The notes under the pieces are model-generated. The model was not told the origin of the DNA. It did not search any database and saw nothing but the letters and a program-made list of their open reading frames with translations. A DNA stretch of 64,000 nucleotides, taken from Felis catus (taxonomy: Eukaryota). A program made the position numbers and the translations under genes. Positions 23,922 through 37,200 of the stretch are shown piece by piece (position 1 is the first letter of the stretch; each line of letters starts with the position of its first letter). The stretch is from contig NC_058368.1 in the NCBI RefSeq assembly GCF_018350175.1, positions 61,258,001 to 61,322,000 of the forward strand, read 5' to 3'.

Positions 23922-24799
23922 ACTCAAATTCCTATTTTCCAGCTCCTGAGGCAGAGTCCTTTCAAAAGTTTATAAAAGAGTTAATATAAAAAATAAATTT
24001 TCTTTTATCAGTTTATGAACTGAGTACTGGGATGCAAAAACTGTCATAAAGCTATGTTATAATATAATTCTGATAATATAATTCTGATTTTTGGAAATGT
24101 GATTTTTTAAAAAACCAAATAATGGCAGACAGTGGTAATCCCAGTAGTAGTCAAAATAATTATAGAGCACTGAAACTTTATTCAGGTAAACACTGGAGCA
24201 TGTCTACCACCAAAAGGGAATAAATAATACTGAATGTCACAACAAATTGCCCAAACACAGAAACCACAGAGAGGTCTTTCAGATCAAAAAACTCATTGAT
24301 CTCCTTTGGCATTTAGCACAACTGGGGATAATGCACCAGGACTTTGGTGGGGTCTAGGTTCAGTGTTCTGTCTGAATTTCAAAGGCAATCTTTCGGACTA
24401 GATAGCAATCATAAAGGTGTTTTCTATTACTTAGTAACCAAAATGGCATTTCCATTATTATCTGTGAGCTCTTCAGTCTCTCCTTCAGGATTCTCCAAAG
24501 GGATTCAGTTTCATCTGGACAAAACGCTTTTGAGTACAGATAGCATAAATAAAGTCATGCCCTCAAACTACTTGAAATAAAAATATATCAGTGAGAGTTA
24601 TGTCAAGGAAAGTCCTCATTAAGTTGATTGTAAAGGTTTAAAATTCATATTTTCTTAGTCATATCTTGACACATAGTCAAGTATATTAGGCTGGATTTTA
24701 AGTGTCAAATGTTACAGATAGACAAAAATAATAAGTTAATAGACATTTAATAAATAATTGCATTTCTAAGTTAGAGAAACTATATACTTAATTTTAACT

Positions 24800-26175
24800 G
24801 CATATGAGAACTGTATCATCAACTTTTGATGTTTGCCATATTTACTTCAGATTATATTTTAGGAATTAGTACAGATGCCATTGAAGCTCATGGATTCTCC
24901 TCTCAATTCTCTTCTGTCCTTCTCCAATGATATTAACTAATCTATATATTTTTTTAAAATTTTTTAACGTTTATTCATTTTAGAGACAGAGAGAGACAGA
25001 GCATGAATGGGGGAAGGTCAGAGAGAGAGGGAGACACAGAATCCGAAACAGGTTCCAGGCTCTGAGCTGTCAGCACAGAGCCCGATGCAGTGCTCGAACT
25101 CACGGACCGCGAGATCATGACCTGAGCCGAAGTCGGTCGCCCAACCGACTGAGCCACCCAGGCGCCCCTATATTTTTTAACATAACCCACAAAAGTATTT
25201 TTATGTAGTCACTAAATGTGTTTATATCCATAAAAAGTTATTAAAAAGTATTATGTTTTTGTTTTAAATATTTTACAAATTATATCAGTCTGTCTTGATT
25301 TTGTATAATTAAACTTTCTGCTTTTGAGATATGTTCATACTGATACATTTGTTTATAATTTATTCATTTTATTGTATAGTATTCAATTTTACAGTTATAC
25401 CCCAATTTATTTTATCATTCTTTAATTTATGGATGAATAATTATTTGTTTCTTTCTGAAACACTTACTTTACAAAATGCTTGAGAGAACATTCCTATACA
25501 TATTTACCTGTGCATACATGCACAAACTTCACTAAGGCATATAAATAGAATTGCAGAACTCTGGCTCTTGTAGTAGTATATTTTCCCATGTTATCTTTTG
25601 CCAAATTTCTTTCTAAAGTGGTTGTAGTAATTTGTGTATGTTCTAGCAGTGCATTAATTTTCCTGTTTTTGTAAATACTTGCTACAGTTTATACTATCAT
25701 TCTTTCAAAATTTTGCTAATCAGATAGAAATGAAGTTGTATGCCATTATAAGTTTTTCAGTGAAATGTAAGTTTTCTTAAATTATACCAAATATACAGAA
25801 AAGTGTACAGATCATAGTGCGCAATTTGATGAATTTTTATAACTCAAAACACACTTGTAACCTACACCCATATCAAAAACAGTACTGCCACATTGCCTGA
25901 TCCCTAAAGGCCCTCATGTTCACCCTTTCAGTCACTGCCTCCTTTCAAGAATAAATGATTGCCTGACTTCTAACATCTTTGATTAATTTTTCCTGGTAGA
26001 GAGAAATATCTTACTGGAGTTAAACAGTAGGCAATGTTTTGTGTCTGGCTTCTTTTGTTGAGCATCACAGTCATGAGTCTCTTCCATATTGTTATATTTA
26101 TGCATTCTCATATTTTATTGAAGGACTATAAGACTGTTTATGCAAGCTACTGTGGGTAGGTATTTAAGTAATTCC
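24800..26175 (-). mobile_element. Old L1 (L1ME-like) 3' fragments, interrupted by a SINE
   Basis: Degenerate antisense L1 3' motifs (TTTCTAAAGTGGTTGTAGTAATTTG, TTTTGTGTCTGGCTTCTTTTG). Confidence 0.6.
24956..25168 (-). mobile_element. Young Can-SINE (SINEC_Fc-like)
   Basis: CpG-rich, ends ACCGACTGAGCCACCCAGGCGCCCC. TSD-like TATATTTTTT. Confidence 0.96.
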
Positions 26176-26189
26176 TTGCTGCAGAGGGC

Positions 26190-26870
26190 AGTAAAAGTTG
26201 GTGCCTTAAAACAGTTGTTTCAGGGGCACCTGGGTGGCGCAGTCAGTTAAGCGTCAGACTTCAGCCAGGTCACGATCTCACGGTCTGTGAGTTCGAGCCC
26301 CGTGTCGGGCTCTGGGCTGATGGCTCAGAGCCTGGAGCCTGTTTCCGATTCTGTGTCTCCCTCTCTCTCTGCCCCTCCCCCGTTCATGCTCTGTCTCTCT
26401 CTGTCCCAAAAATAAATAAACGTTGAAAAAAAAATTAAAAAAATAAATAAATAAAACAGTTGTTTCATTATGTCTCACAATCTGCATGGACTCAGCTCAC
26501 CTGAGTCTCCCGCCCCAGTGAATGATGGTTGGGCTACAGTCATGGGACAACATGAATGGGCCGATATGTACAAGGCAATTGACTCTTAAGCCTAGAAGCT
26601 AATGCTGGTGTTCCTTTGGGAGCTCTGCTGACAGGGTCAACCAGACTGCCTGTTTCCCACTCTGTTCCTTCTCTGCATGGTGTGGTCCCAAGATCAAAAT
26701 TTCCAGAAGATAATAAACAGATATGTGTTTCACTTTAAGACTTGGGATCAGAAATCTCTTGATATCATTTCTGTCACAATCTCCTCATCAAATTATTATG
26801 GGACAGTCTTAGATCCAGGTGCTTGTTTGGGAAGGAAAGAATTTGGGGGATATTATTTTTAATAACTACA
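26190..26870 (-). mobile_element. Old MaLR LTR (MLT1-type) interrupted by a SINE
   Basis: GGTGCCTTAAAACA...TTATGTCTCACAATCTG...GATCAGAAATC...CATTTCTGTCACA antisense MLT1 features. Confidence 0.65.
26223..26451 (+). mobile_element. Young SINEC_Fc
   Basis: Diagnostic GGCGCAGTC, AGCCAGGTCACG and CTGGGCTGATGG. Perfect 16-bp TSD TAAAACAGTTGTTTCA at 26207-26222 and 26452-26467. Confidence 0.97.
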
Positions 26871-26974
26871 TACTGTTGTTCAATCTTTTGTTACAGTAAT
26901 TCATTTCCATATGAAAACACATTCTCTCCTCCCTCTCTTCTAATTACATCATTATTTACAGGTTCAAGATCTTA

Positions 26975-27196
26975 TTTATTTTTTTAAGTTTTATTTATAT
27001 TTGAGAGAGAGAAAGAGAGAGAGAGTGGGGGGAGGGGCAGAAAGAAAGGGGGAGAGAGAGAGAGACTCCTAAGCAGGCTCTGTGCGCTGTCAGTGAAGAG
27101 CCCAATGTGGGGCTTGAACCCACAAGCCATGAGCTCATGACCTGAGTCAAAATCAAGAGTCCGGTGCTTCACCCACTGAGTCACCTGGGTGCCCCC
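26975..27196 (-). mobile_element. Can-SINE
   Basis: Ends CACTGAGTCACCTGGGTGCCCCC. Confidence 0.94.
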
Positions 27197-27589
27197 AGAT
27201 TTTATCATTTAAATCAGGTCGGAGTGTAGATGGCTCCTTTGCTTCAGCATGTCAGGTGCATTTCAGTGGACTCAAAGACTTGTGAACTCAAAAGCATCCA
27301 ACATACAGTGTTGAGAAAAGAACAGGGTGATTGGAACAAACACCTGCCTTTAAATGGTTTAAGTTGGGGGAGACACTATTCCATAGCAATTCAGATATCT
27401 AGACTGCTATCTAGTTTACCAATACCTATGCCTCCTAATGTGGTTTTCCTCAATTATTGGCTTTCTTCCTTTTCCTCAAGAAAGCTATTGGCAGTTGACT
27501 AGCTTTCTTAGCCTGCTAAGTGCCTGTGCTAAATTGAGGAAGGACAGGCCCATTTCATTTTACTATTTTTTTAATATATTGAATTATTT

Positions 27590-27700
27590 TTTTTTATTAA
27601 GAATACCTGAGATCTATCCTGTTAACATTTTTTTAAGTGTACAGTATAATATCATCAGCTATAGGACAATGCCACACAGCAGATCTTTAAAACTTAGCAA
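27590..27700 (-). mobile_element. L1 (L1MA-like) 3' end fragment
   Basis: GAATACCTGAGATCTATCCTGTTAAC...CACAGCAGATCTTTAAAACTTA. Confidence 0.65.
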
Positions 27701-28544
27701 ATATATTTTGTTGTTTACTTGCTAGTTTTTTTTTTTTTTTAGGAAGTATACTTTGGTTGAAAACTGTGTGAGTTTTGTGTGTATGAAATTATTATATTCA
27801 GTTAGAAGCTCTAACCACATAAATCTTCACCACAGGCCCTTCTATAATTAAGGCTGAAAGTCAGGTTTATGTGGGGTTCCTAGAAAACTTCATTTCTAAC
27901 AAAACAATTGAAGAGTCATGTTCTAAGATTTTCTGATTTTTTTTTCTGCCTTAATAGTCTATGAAGTAGCACCTTTAATTTTTATGAAGTATTAAGAAAA
28001 GATGTTATAGTATCTGAAAAGTGAGACTCTTCTTTGCCCCCCCCCCGGCCATACCCTGAGTTTCATAACTTTCTTAAGGGTACTTCTTTTTTAAAAACAT
28101 TTGTTGCCCGGAAAATGATTTAGTATCCTTAATATTTCTAAATTGTTCTACAACTTTTAAAATTTCTTCTTATGGCATGTGTTTCTTCTCATACATTACC
28201 TTAGACAGCTAGAAAAAGCTAATTAGCACCTTCTGGGTTGAAGGTGCTATTATGTCTAAATATCTCTGAAAATATTTAGCCACAATGACAAGTTCACTAT
28301 ACAAATTCTTTGTTTACTGCGTTACTATAGATGTGTTGTCAAACTTCCACCTCTACTCAGTATGGGTCATTTTTTCCCCAGCTTTCTTAATAACACTTTT
28401 TTGTTGTGCTTCCTACCTCCGGGGGCTATTTTCTCAAGGTCTCTCAGGCCTCGGCACATTGCCCTGTTATGTATATATAATATATACCATATAAAACATA
28501 TGACACATATGTCGTTTTAGACAAAATGTTTCAGATACAATACT

Positions 28545-28808
28545 TGTTTTGGGTGAACTTAACATAAATGAAATTAACCATTTTAACCATTTTGAAGTAT
28601 GTCAGTCAGTTTTTGTTTTATTTTATTTGTTTGTTTGTTTAGTCTTTTGGTATATTTACAATGTTGCCCATCACTACAACTATCTCATTTGAGAATTTTT
28701 ATCAGTCCAACAAGATATCCCAAAGCTCTCAGTTCTCCTCTGATCCCATCCTAAAGCAACCATTAATTTACTTTGCATCTCTATGTACCTGAAATAGAAA
28801 TGTTTCAT
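28545..28808 (-). mobile_element. L1MB-like 3' end fragment
   Basis: AAATTAACCATTTTAACCATTTTGAAGT...GCAACCATTAATTTACTTTGCATCTCTATG, same family pattern as 41108-41350. Confidence 0.75.
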
Positions 28809-29809
28809 CTTTTATTTCAAGAGCATAAAGGAGCCTTAACATATTTCTAGGAGGAATTTTGGGTCTAGTTTAGCTTATAATCATTGTTGGTAAGTCAGAA
28901 ACATGGAAGGCCTGGGAAAGAACACCTGGAAAAAATCTAAATGCACAGATTGAACAGAGACAGGAACTCACCACCTGTGATTGAGACAAAGTAGTCAGTA
29001 ATGTTACAAGTAAATCACAAAAGCTAAGGGGGGCTAGTTGTAAAACAAGAAAATAAAACAGCAGTGGGTAGATTTATCTATTAAGAGAACAAATAACTGT
29101 AGGATGTAAAATAATGTTTTCAGTTTAATAAACAGAGTGGAAGAATCATCTGCTACCACAGGGACAATGGTGCCTATGGAATACATTGGGCAGAATCAAA
29201 CTTCTATAGGCTCGGGAGTGAGTATATCACCCATGAACATCAAATGTTTTAGAATCATGAGGAGAGAAAGGAAAGTTTTTAGTTGTTATATTTGAATATT
29301 TTTTAAAGATTAAAAAATTAAATAATATTTATTATATATTATAAAATATAAAATTTAAAATATATAAATATTTTTTTAATTTTATCAAGGTGAGGCTCTA
29401 CAAAAATTAGAAATTTTTGACATTGAACATTCCACATTCTGTATCCTTTAGCATCTCTTTGCTGCTTCTCCTTTTGAAACTTATTTGAATTAACTAACTC
29501 AATACCTGATGATCAAAAATAGTTTATGCTAACCAAGTTAATTTATAGATGGTAATGGCATAGTGTGGTAGCACCTTCTAGGAATACTTGTATGTTAGCA
29601 GATATTTTAATGTCTAAAATGATAGGTACCTCTAAATGCATAGATGTCAAGATCTGTGAAAGGTGGTAAATGAGGGATGTCCTCAAATTTGTGATTTTTG
29701 ACGACTCTATCATGACAGAAGGACAGATAGAATCACTGCATTGTTGAAGAATTGGCTTTATTGTTAAACATATCCATTCTAAAATGAAGCCATAAAGTGG
29801 TGACTGATT

Positions 29810-29945
29810 TAGAGGCTTGTATTGGTGAAACTCTGAATTTTATAGATATGGAGACTGTTGCCAAGTGAAATTAAATGTTGTTGTGGTCAAGGTCACAGTG
29901 AAAGAGTTAGAACATAAACCAAAGTTTTCTGATTTATGGTATATC
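29810..29945 (-). mobile_element. MIR fragment
   Basis: ATTTTATAGATATGGAGACTG...TCAAGGTCACAG core. Confidence 0.6.
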
Positions 29946-30129
29946 AAACACTATATATTCCTTCCCTGGACAAATCGGGACCGATTCTTAGCTCATCCTC
30001 CCCAGTTGGCTTCCAAAGTGCTCATTAACCTATCTCTGTTCCTATCCATACCATTTGTAAATCTCCCATAAATGTTATTTTTACCTTTGCCTGACTTTTC
30101 CTAACATTAAATAGAGCCTGTTCATGGAG

Positions 30130-30305
30130 ATTTTAATCCTGACAGTTGACTCTGTGATTGTAGATAAATAATATAACTTTTATAAAGCTTTTTCTGGTCA
30201 GGTGTAAAATGAAGATAATAAACACATCTTCTTCCCAGAGTTTTTGTGAGGACAGGATGACATTTTATATAGGGAAGTGTTCTGTAAATGGTAAGGAAAT
30301 ATGGT
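30130..30305 (+). mobile_element. MIR fragment
   Basis: TGTAAAATGAAGATAATAA...CAGAGTTTTTGTGAGGA core. Confidence 0.6.
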
Positions 30306-31099
30306 TATGGGTTGTGATTCTTGTGTTTCTTTTAGTCTGGAAAATCATTGATGTGTCCTCCCTCTACTTCAACCATACACTGTTTCTGAACATAATAATT
30401 TTACCCTGATACTGATAACAAAAAGTTATTTTATTCAAAGAGGAGAAACATTAACAATTAATAAAAGATACTCAAACATTGACTCATTAATGCTTTCTCA
30501 CAAATACTGTATTGCTTAGAAAATGACCATTCAAAAATGATTTTGAAGATCATGGGTAGAATCGTATAATTGAATACTATTTATAATCATAAGTGAAAAA
30601 AACATATCAATCTCAGGACATAGAAGCAGTGTGCTCCATGTAACCAAGCAAGTCTTCAATTTGTGAATAATTTTGAGAAATTTTTTATTGAAGTCTTTAA
30701 TATTAAATATACAAGACAAAAATATGTAAAGCAATCCAAGGGAATGCATTCCTTGGCTCTCTTAAATAAATTAAAACAACTTATGTTTTAAATATGTGAA
30801 TAAATAAAATAGTTTCTTGCAAGTCATACCACTGGAACTTTTTCCCTCCTAAGATGTGGTTATATAATATATTATAAAATATGTTTAGTCAACTCAAAGA
30901 AACAGTTGGTGATTACAGCTATGTTGAAAGAACTGGAGAGAGGAGATATATTTGTTTGGATTTTTATAAAATTCATAGTTGTTAAGTATTTCTTTATACT
31001 GAATTTATTGGAGATTATAGCATAAAAACATGTTAAATGTGGAGAAAATCAAGACCTAAATGTGAAAGAGAAAGGAAATAGAAAAAAGTGTAGAATAAC

Positions 31100-31620
31100 A
31101 ATTTGTGAACTTGGAATGGGGAAAAAAAATAAATACTCAGAAAGCATAAGCATAATGTAGAGAGAGAGAAAGATTTTAAAATATCAAAGTTAATATTTTT
31201 TACTTTACAGAGACACACTTATCAAAACTAATCATTAGCTAGCTGAGTGAGGTAATTGCAGCAGCCATACGTAACATTGTATCATATCTAGTAAAGCAAG
31301 GAATGTCTGTAGATGAACAAAACAAAGAGAATCAGAAGAATAAAAGGCAAGTGTTATGCATAATTACATAATGAAAAAATTGAATACTTAGTCCAGAATG
31401 AAATGGTCAGTTGTATTTACATTCAGAGAAATAACAAATCAAAACAGTGATTATGTTCCACATTATACCCATTACATAGAAAAAATTAGGAAGTTATTTT
31501 TTAAAATGTTAATATAAATGTGATAAAGTGGCAAATTTTTTGCACTGGTACTCCAGTCAACTTTTTCCAGATATTTGAGAGCACATAGCAGTAGTACTTA
31601 GTGAAATTAAGTATGTTTAT
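31100..31620 (+). mobile_element. Old L1 (L1ME-like) ORF2 3' fragment
   Basis: Degenerate A-rich L1 motifs (ATTCAGAGAAATAACAAATCAAAACAGTGA). Confidence 0.5.
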
Positions 31621-31623
31621 AAC

Positions 31624-31826
31624 TTTTATTTTAGATGTTTATTTGAGAGAGAGAAAGAGCATATGTGAGCAGGGGGAGGAACAGAGAGAAATGAGAGAAT
31701 CCCAAGTAGGCTCTGTGCTATCAGCATGAAGCCCAATGTGGGGCTCGATCCCATGAACTGTGAGATCATGACCTAAGCCTAAATCAAGAATTGGACACTT
31801 AACCAACTAAACCACCCATTTGCCCC
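31624..31826 (-). mobile_element. Can-SINE
   Basis: Ends CAACTAAACCACCCATTTGCCCC. Confidence 0.92.
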
Positions 31827-31879
31827 ATTAGGTTTATATCTTTTGATGCAATATGTCTTTGTGGGATATACAAGTTTCC

Positions 31880-32250
31880 CAGTTATTGATCTCTCAAAAA
31901 AATACCCTAAAATTTAATGTCTGTAAACAATGACAACAATGGGCAAATTGTGAAAGGTTTAGGGGGTTGGCCTGTAAACACTTCCATGCAGCATCATCTG
32001 GGGTGGCTCAAAGCCTAGGGACTGGAATGTTCTGAAGGCTCATTCTCTCAGCTGTTTCCTGCTATCCAGTGGGAAATTAGCTGCAACTGCAAGCTAGACC
32101 CTCTCCATGTGACCTGACCTTTCTCACAACATGGTGGTTGCTTCTAAGAGTATCTCACAGGAGAGTACAAGGTGGAAGTAGCAGTACCTTTTTAAACCTA
32201 GACTCAGAAGTCAAGCCAGGTTAATCCACAGCACTTAATTCATCACAAGC
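31880..32250 (-). mobile_element. Old MaLR LTR (MLT1-type)
   Basis: CTCTCCATGTGACCTG...CTCACAACATGGTGG...AACCTAGACTCAGAAGTCA antisense MLT1 motifs. Confidence 0.7.
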
Positions 32251-33249
32251 TCCTCATACCTGACTCATATACACATATGCAAAACTATGTACAAATATGT
32301 GTATTTTAAAGTATTATTTCATTGGCATGGGTCATTCTCCAACTCTACTTTTTAACATTGCCACTGATATCTATACAGTGATATGCCACTGATATTCATA
32401 CAAACATTATATACATAGATTTTATAAAATTATGGAAAATTATTAAAAACAAGGAAGCAACCTTAATGTAATTTTAATTTTTGCAAAAGAACTGACTGTA
32501 AACTTATATTTATTTAACTTTCAGTTAGTATTTTCTTTATAATATTGAATATAAGTATTTTTAGTATGATTTGTAGCCATTTGAATGTGTTCTTATATAA
32601 ATTGCTCATTAAGAAAAGGGGATTGTGTTTTTTTTTCTTTTTTGATAAGGGCTTTGTTGTTAGTAAAGATGTCAATCGTTGTGTCTCAATCACATTTTTT
32701 TTTTCCTAAATCTACCAATTTTTTTTTCAGTAATTTTGTATCTGGCCAAATATCTTAACAATTTTTGTGCTTACATATGTGCTTTTATTTTTAACTATTC
32801 TTGACATTCTGTGCTACCTGAAGACAAAGAAAAGAAGTTTTAATTAATAACTAGAAAGTCACAAAAACCAGCAGCCCAATACACACACACACAAAGGTAC
32901 TACCTGAATTATTTTCTTTAATTTGTATTATGTATATTTGCTCTGCCATTTTCATTTATTTTTTCCTCAATGTCTTATAGAGAGTACTGATGGTAGTTAA
33001 ATTTCAAATTTAGGCTGTGACTTGAATTATAAAAGTATGGAACTGAGGTGGTATTACAGTATATATAGGAATTACATAAAAATCTTAACTTGTGAACCTA
33101 ATGCAGAAATTAATAACATTTGGATTATTTTCCTTGAGATTGAACGTTAGTTAGATATCCATTATATGGATATATAATATCCATTATATCCATTATAGAA
33201 GAATCATTATTTTATGCTATTTTAAAGCTAGTTATTAGTTTCACAGAAA

Positions 33250-33620
33250 TGTGAAACTCAGCACCCCTTTCAAAAAATGATACCCTGCTTATCTGCTAAG
33301 AGTATGGTTAACTGAGTCTCCAGAGTGAGATTTTTTCAGGGCCTGCCTCAGTTTTTAAACGAAGTCCTGCTCTTCTCCAGGCAGCTCCCAGCCAATGACT
33401 GAACAAGTAGTTTAAACAAGGGCCGAGCTATGTCTCTCTAATGAAGTACTCTTCTGGTGGACAGGCTCTGCTCTGGAGCAGACTCTCAGGTGGTTATCAT
33501 AGCCAAGTACTTTCATCTGTCCAGGCCTGATCTCTGCTGCCTTCAAAGTTGTTATTCCCTATAAAGCTTTTACAGTTTTGTTCCATTTTAGTATCTGTTT
33601 CACTGGCAATACTTTTGGCA
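33250..33620 (+). mobile_element. ERVL-class solo LTR (LTR16-like)
   Basis: GGCAGCTCCCAGCCAATGACTGA motif and GTTATTCCCTATAAAGC...CATTTTAGTATCTGTTTC 3' end. Confidence 0.65.
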
Positions 33621-33689
33621 TAATTTATTCATGTTAAGATGGGATTTGGAAGGGTGATATATATGGTCACTCAATAGCAAAGGAACAGG

Positions 33690-33690
33690 T

Positions 33691-33737
<47 letters not shown>

Positions 33738-33860
33738 ATGTATACATAGTATAATTTAAATATGTATTCAAATATATAAAATATACGTGTATTTTATATA
33801 TATTTATATAATAGTGATAATTTAAATTTATAAAATATAACTTATTTGTGTGTATGTGTG
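33690..33860 (+). repeat. (TA)n microsatellite and AT-rich low-complexity tract
   Basis: Direct reading. Confidence 0.85.
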
Positions 33861-33929
33861 TTTAAAGGGCTGATAAAAATCCAACTCCACAACTGCTTTG
33901 GGGAAGATTTTTAAAAATATCCATTGTAT

Positions 33930-34414
33930 CCAATATTACTGTAATGAAGGGACCAGCCTTCTATAACAAAAATCAAAAAGAGAAAGGTCATCCTTCTACA
34001 CCACCATCTAACTCCAGCAGGCAGAGCATTAAGCATAAGATCTAGGCTTAGATAATTCACTGTTTCTGGAGATCATAAAATTGAATCTGGAGCAGGTGAC
34101 ACATAGAAAGATATTATTAGAAGTGAAAACAGCAACTGCAACCGTGGTGGCCAAGTGCAGTAACATGTATCATTAGGTGTTTCCAGCTGTGATGTCCAAT
34201 ATTAGTGAGTGCAATAGCCAAGCCAGCCTCTTTTGGTTAAAACATGGCTGTTGGAATTATTCCTCTCCTTCCTCCATGGTTATCTTCATTCCTGCTCATT
34301 TTCAGGACTTCTGCTCCCATGATTCCATGCATCTCTGATAATCTTTCAGTAAATCCCTAGTTTTGTAAGTTTATCACTATTGTTGCATGTGAACAAGAGA
34401 TCAGACTGATCCAA
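33930..34414 (+). mobile_element. Probable old LTR relic (ERVL/MaLR class)
   Basis: CAGTAAATCCC...TTGTTGCATGTGAACAAGAGATCAGACTGATCCA resembles an LTR 3' end. Confidence 0.4.
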
Positions 34415-36150
34415 ATTTGAACGTTAAGTATTTGCCCCATTATCAAATTTCCATAGAGGAATGTAAGCCAAAGCACTATATGCTCCTTCCCTGGTTCAAT
34501 GACGTAAATGGGAGTTAACTTTCTAAAGGCTTTGATCCTCAATCAGCTCTGTTCCATCAGTTGCTGCCACCGGAATTGTCTACTAAGTCAATGAGGCAGC
34601 TTCTGTGAAATCTCGATTGAAGTTCTTTAATACCAAGATTCTCAACAGCCCCAGGCTTTCGATTCCATGTCAAAATCATCAAAGTATCACCCCACACCTG
34701 TGATATTCTGAAAACTCAAGGATAAGTTACTAGAGCCATGGTCTCAAACAAAATGATGTTTTCAGAACCAGGACATAGAACAATATGGAAAGATGCTACT
34801 TTTTAAAAGTTGATAGCACACTCTCCATGAAATCTGGCAAAAACAATAGAGAAATTGGGAACATGTTAGTTTTAGCCTCAAGTGTTTCTGATAGTTTACT
34901 AAAGTCCCTGACTTGGGAAATGTAACCTAATTGGAAGCTGTCTGTAATCAGTAAGGTAAGTATAGAAGTTCACTTAATCATATAAAGGATTTTTATTTTT
35001 TTAATTCTTTTCTGTATAGCAATTTTATTTGTGTTTTCTTTAAAACTGAGGAAAAAAATGTTCAGTGGTGAACTCCAGTCTTATTCTCTACTTTGCATAT
35101 TTAGAACCTCAAAATTTCCATTTCTGCTTGAACCTTTTGTTTCAGGCACTTCAATGCTAAATTGAGTGTGAATTCTGTCAGGTGACATTTTCTTTTCTCG
35201 CTCCACTATGCAGAGTAAATTGCATCTGTAGCAGCCAACTCTCCATTCACAGTGTGCTTTCATTACATATCTCAAATCCTGTAATTTTTTTTTTTCTTTC
35301 TGTTTTTCTCCTTCCTCAGAGACCCAGTACATTTTTAACTTTGTGCTGTAGTATCTGCTACCTTGAAATTTTGGAGTGGAGTTTCTTAGGTATACAATAT
35401 ATGTATGATAGGGAAGTCCTCCCTTGAGAATCTGCATTTGATTCAGCAGGAGACTTATTCTTAGCGCTTTCTTGAAATGAAGCTGTTGTCAATGCCAGTG
35501 CCTATAGAATATGGACTCCTGAGTACCTAGTGGGAATCACGACTTCTGCCAGATGCTCTCCCCTGATATGTTTCCTTTCCATGGATTTTGATTACCCTAA
35601 GCCTTTAGAATGCATTGATAATTCAGGAACATATAAAGATTCATTTTTGCCATATAATTTTCTGTGGCTGTGGGGCCCACCTCCTATATTTCATTTTTAT
35701 CCATTTTTCCTCTACTCTTACTAGTTAGACATAACTGAATTTTTAAAAATTTATATCTCTCTTAAGCTGGTCATATTTTGCTCTGCGTTGAAATTTTGTT
35801 TTCTTATCTTACTAGTCTTAGATTGGATTTAACCTATTTTGTTCTCTGTCTTGTACTTTACTCTCTGTCTTATACTTTCTCTTACTTCCTGTAGTTCTCT
35901 AACATATTCTAGTGGGGGATCTCTAGGGACAAAAGGAATAAGTAACTATATCACTGTCTCACACTAACTGTGTCACCTTGTAACATACAATAATACTAGA
36001 AATATCACACATACATTTTCCTGGTATTATCTGCAATTAGTCTTCCTCTTTTTTGTGTCTGTAATCATCTAGGATAGGTGTTTTTGAAAGTTCTTATTAT
36101 GGATTATTACTATGGATTATATATCAGGAGCTTTATGGTTTGTTTGTTTC

Positions 36151-36360
36151 TTTTTTCGACGTTTTATTTATTTTTGGGACAGAGAGAGACAGAGCATGAA
36201 CGGGGGAGGGGCAGAGAGAGAGGGAGACACAGAATCGGAAACAGGCTCCAGGCTCTGAGCCATCAGCCCAGAGCCTGATGCGGGGCTCGAACTCACGGAC
36301 CGCGAGATCGTGACCTGGCTGAAGTCGGACGCTTAACCGACTGCGCCACCCAGGCGCCCC
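36151..36360 (-). mobile_element. Very young SINEC_Fc
   Basis: About 15 intact CpGs, same diagnostic positions as 26223-26451, ends CCGACTGCGCCACCCAGGCGCCCC. Confidence 0.97.
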
Positions 36361-37077
36361 TATTTGTTTTTTTCAATAATTTCCTGGAATCTAGGCTGTC
36401 TTTGAGAAAATCAAACTATTTTTCTTTGAATTATTTCCTCTCATCTTCTGTTCAATGTGCGTAGGTATTAGTCACCATTCATAATCCAATAAAATAAAAG
36501 TTCTCCTTTTTTAAAAGTCTCATTTCCCGAGCATATAAATTAGTGTTGTTGTTCCATGTGAAACTGAAATTACTATTAATAGAAACACATTTCTTAAAAT
36601 TTTCAGAGCAATCAATTTTTGTGTCTAGCTCCTCCTTATAGATTAATGTATCTAAAACATAGTTTCTAAAGCATATTTTCTAATAACAGTACTTTTCAGT
36701 TCTTAAGTATATATAGATTCTTCCCATTATTTTATTCATTTGAGTAAGACTTGTATTCCATGGGTCTTGTATTTACTTATTCATTTTTATGGTGAATGTA
36801 TATGACCTCAAAAAAAGTCAAGTTTTAAGTAACTTTCTCTTGATGGGTTTTGCATTACTTCTACTGGGTACCTGAAAGCAATAACAATCCTGGACCAGGT
36901 TAAGCTGGACTATCTGTCTGTAGAACTAGAACTTCAGAGTTATGATGAATTCTGGATTTATACCTACATGAGGAGTCAGCTTGTGCTACCAGTGTCTCAG
37001 GGAATGGGGAAACATTTTTGTCATTGTTGTTCTTATCTTTAACTCAAAGCCAAGGCTGACACGAATAGCTCTTCAGG

Positions 37078-37200
37078 TTTTGCTTCTCTTCCTCCTCTTT
37101 TTCTCTCCTTCTCTTTTTCCTACTCCTGTTCCTTGTACCCCTCTTCCCCTCCCTCCCTCTCCTCTTCCCATCTCCTTCCCTCTCCTCTTCCTTTTCCTTC
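37078..37200 (+). repeat. CT-rich low-complexity tract
   Basis: Direct reading. Confidence 0.85.
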
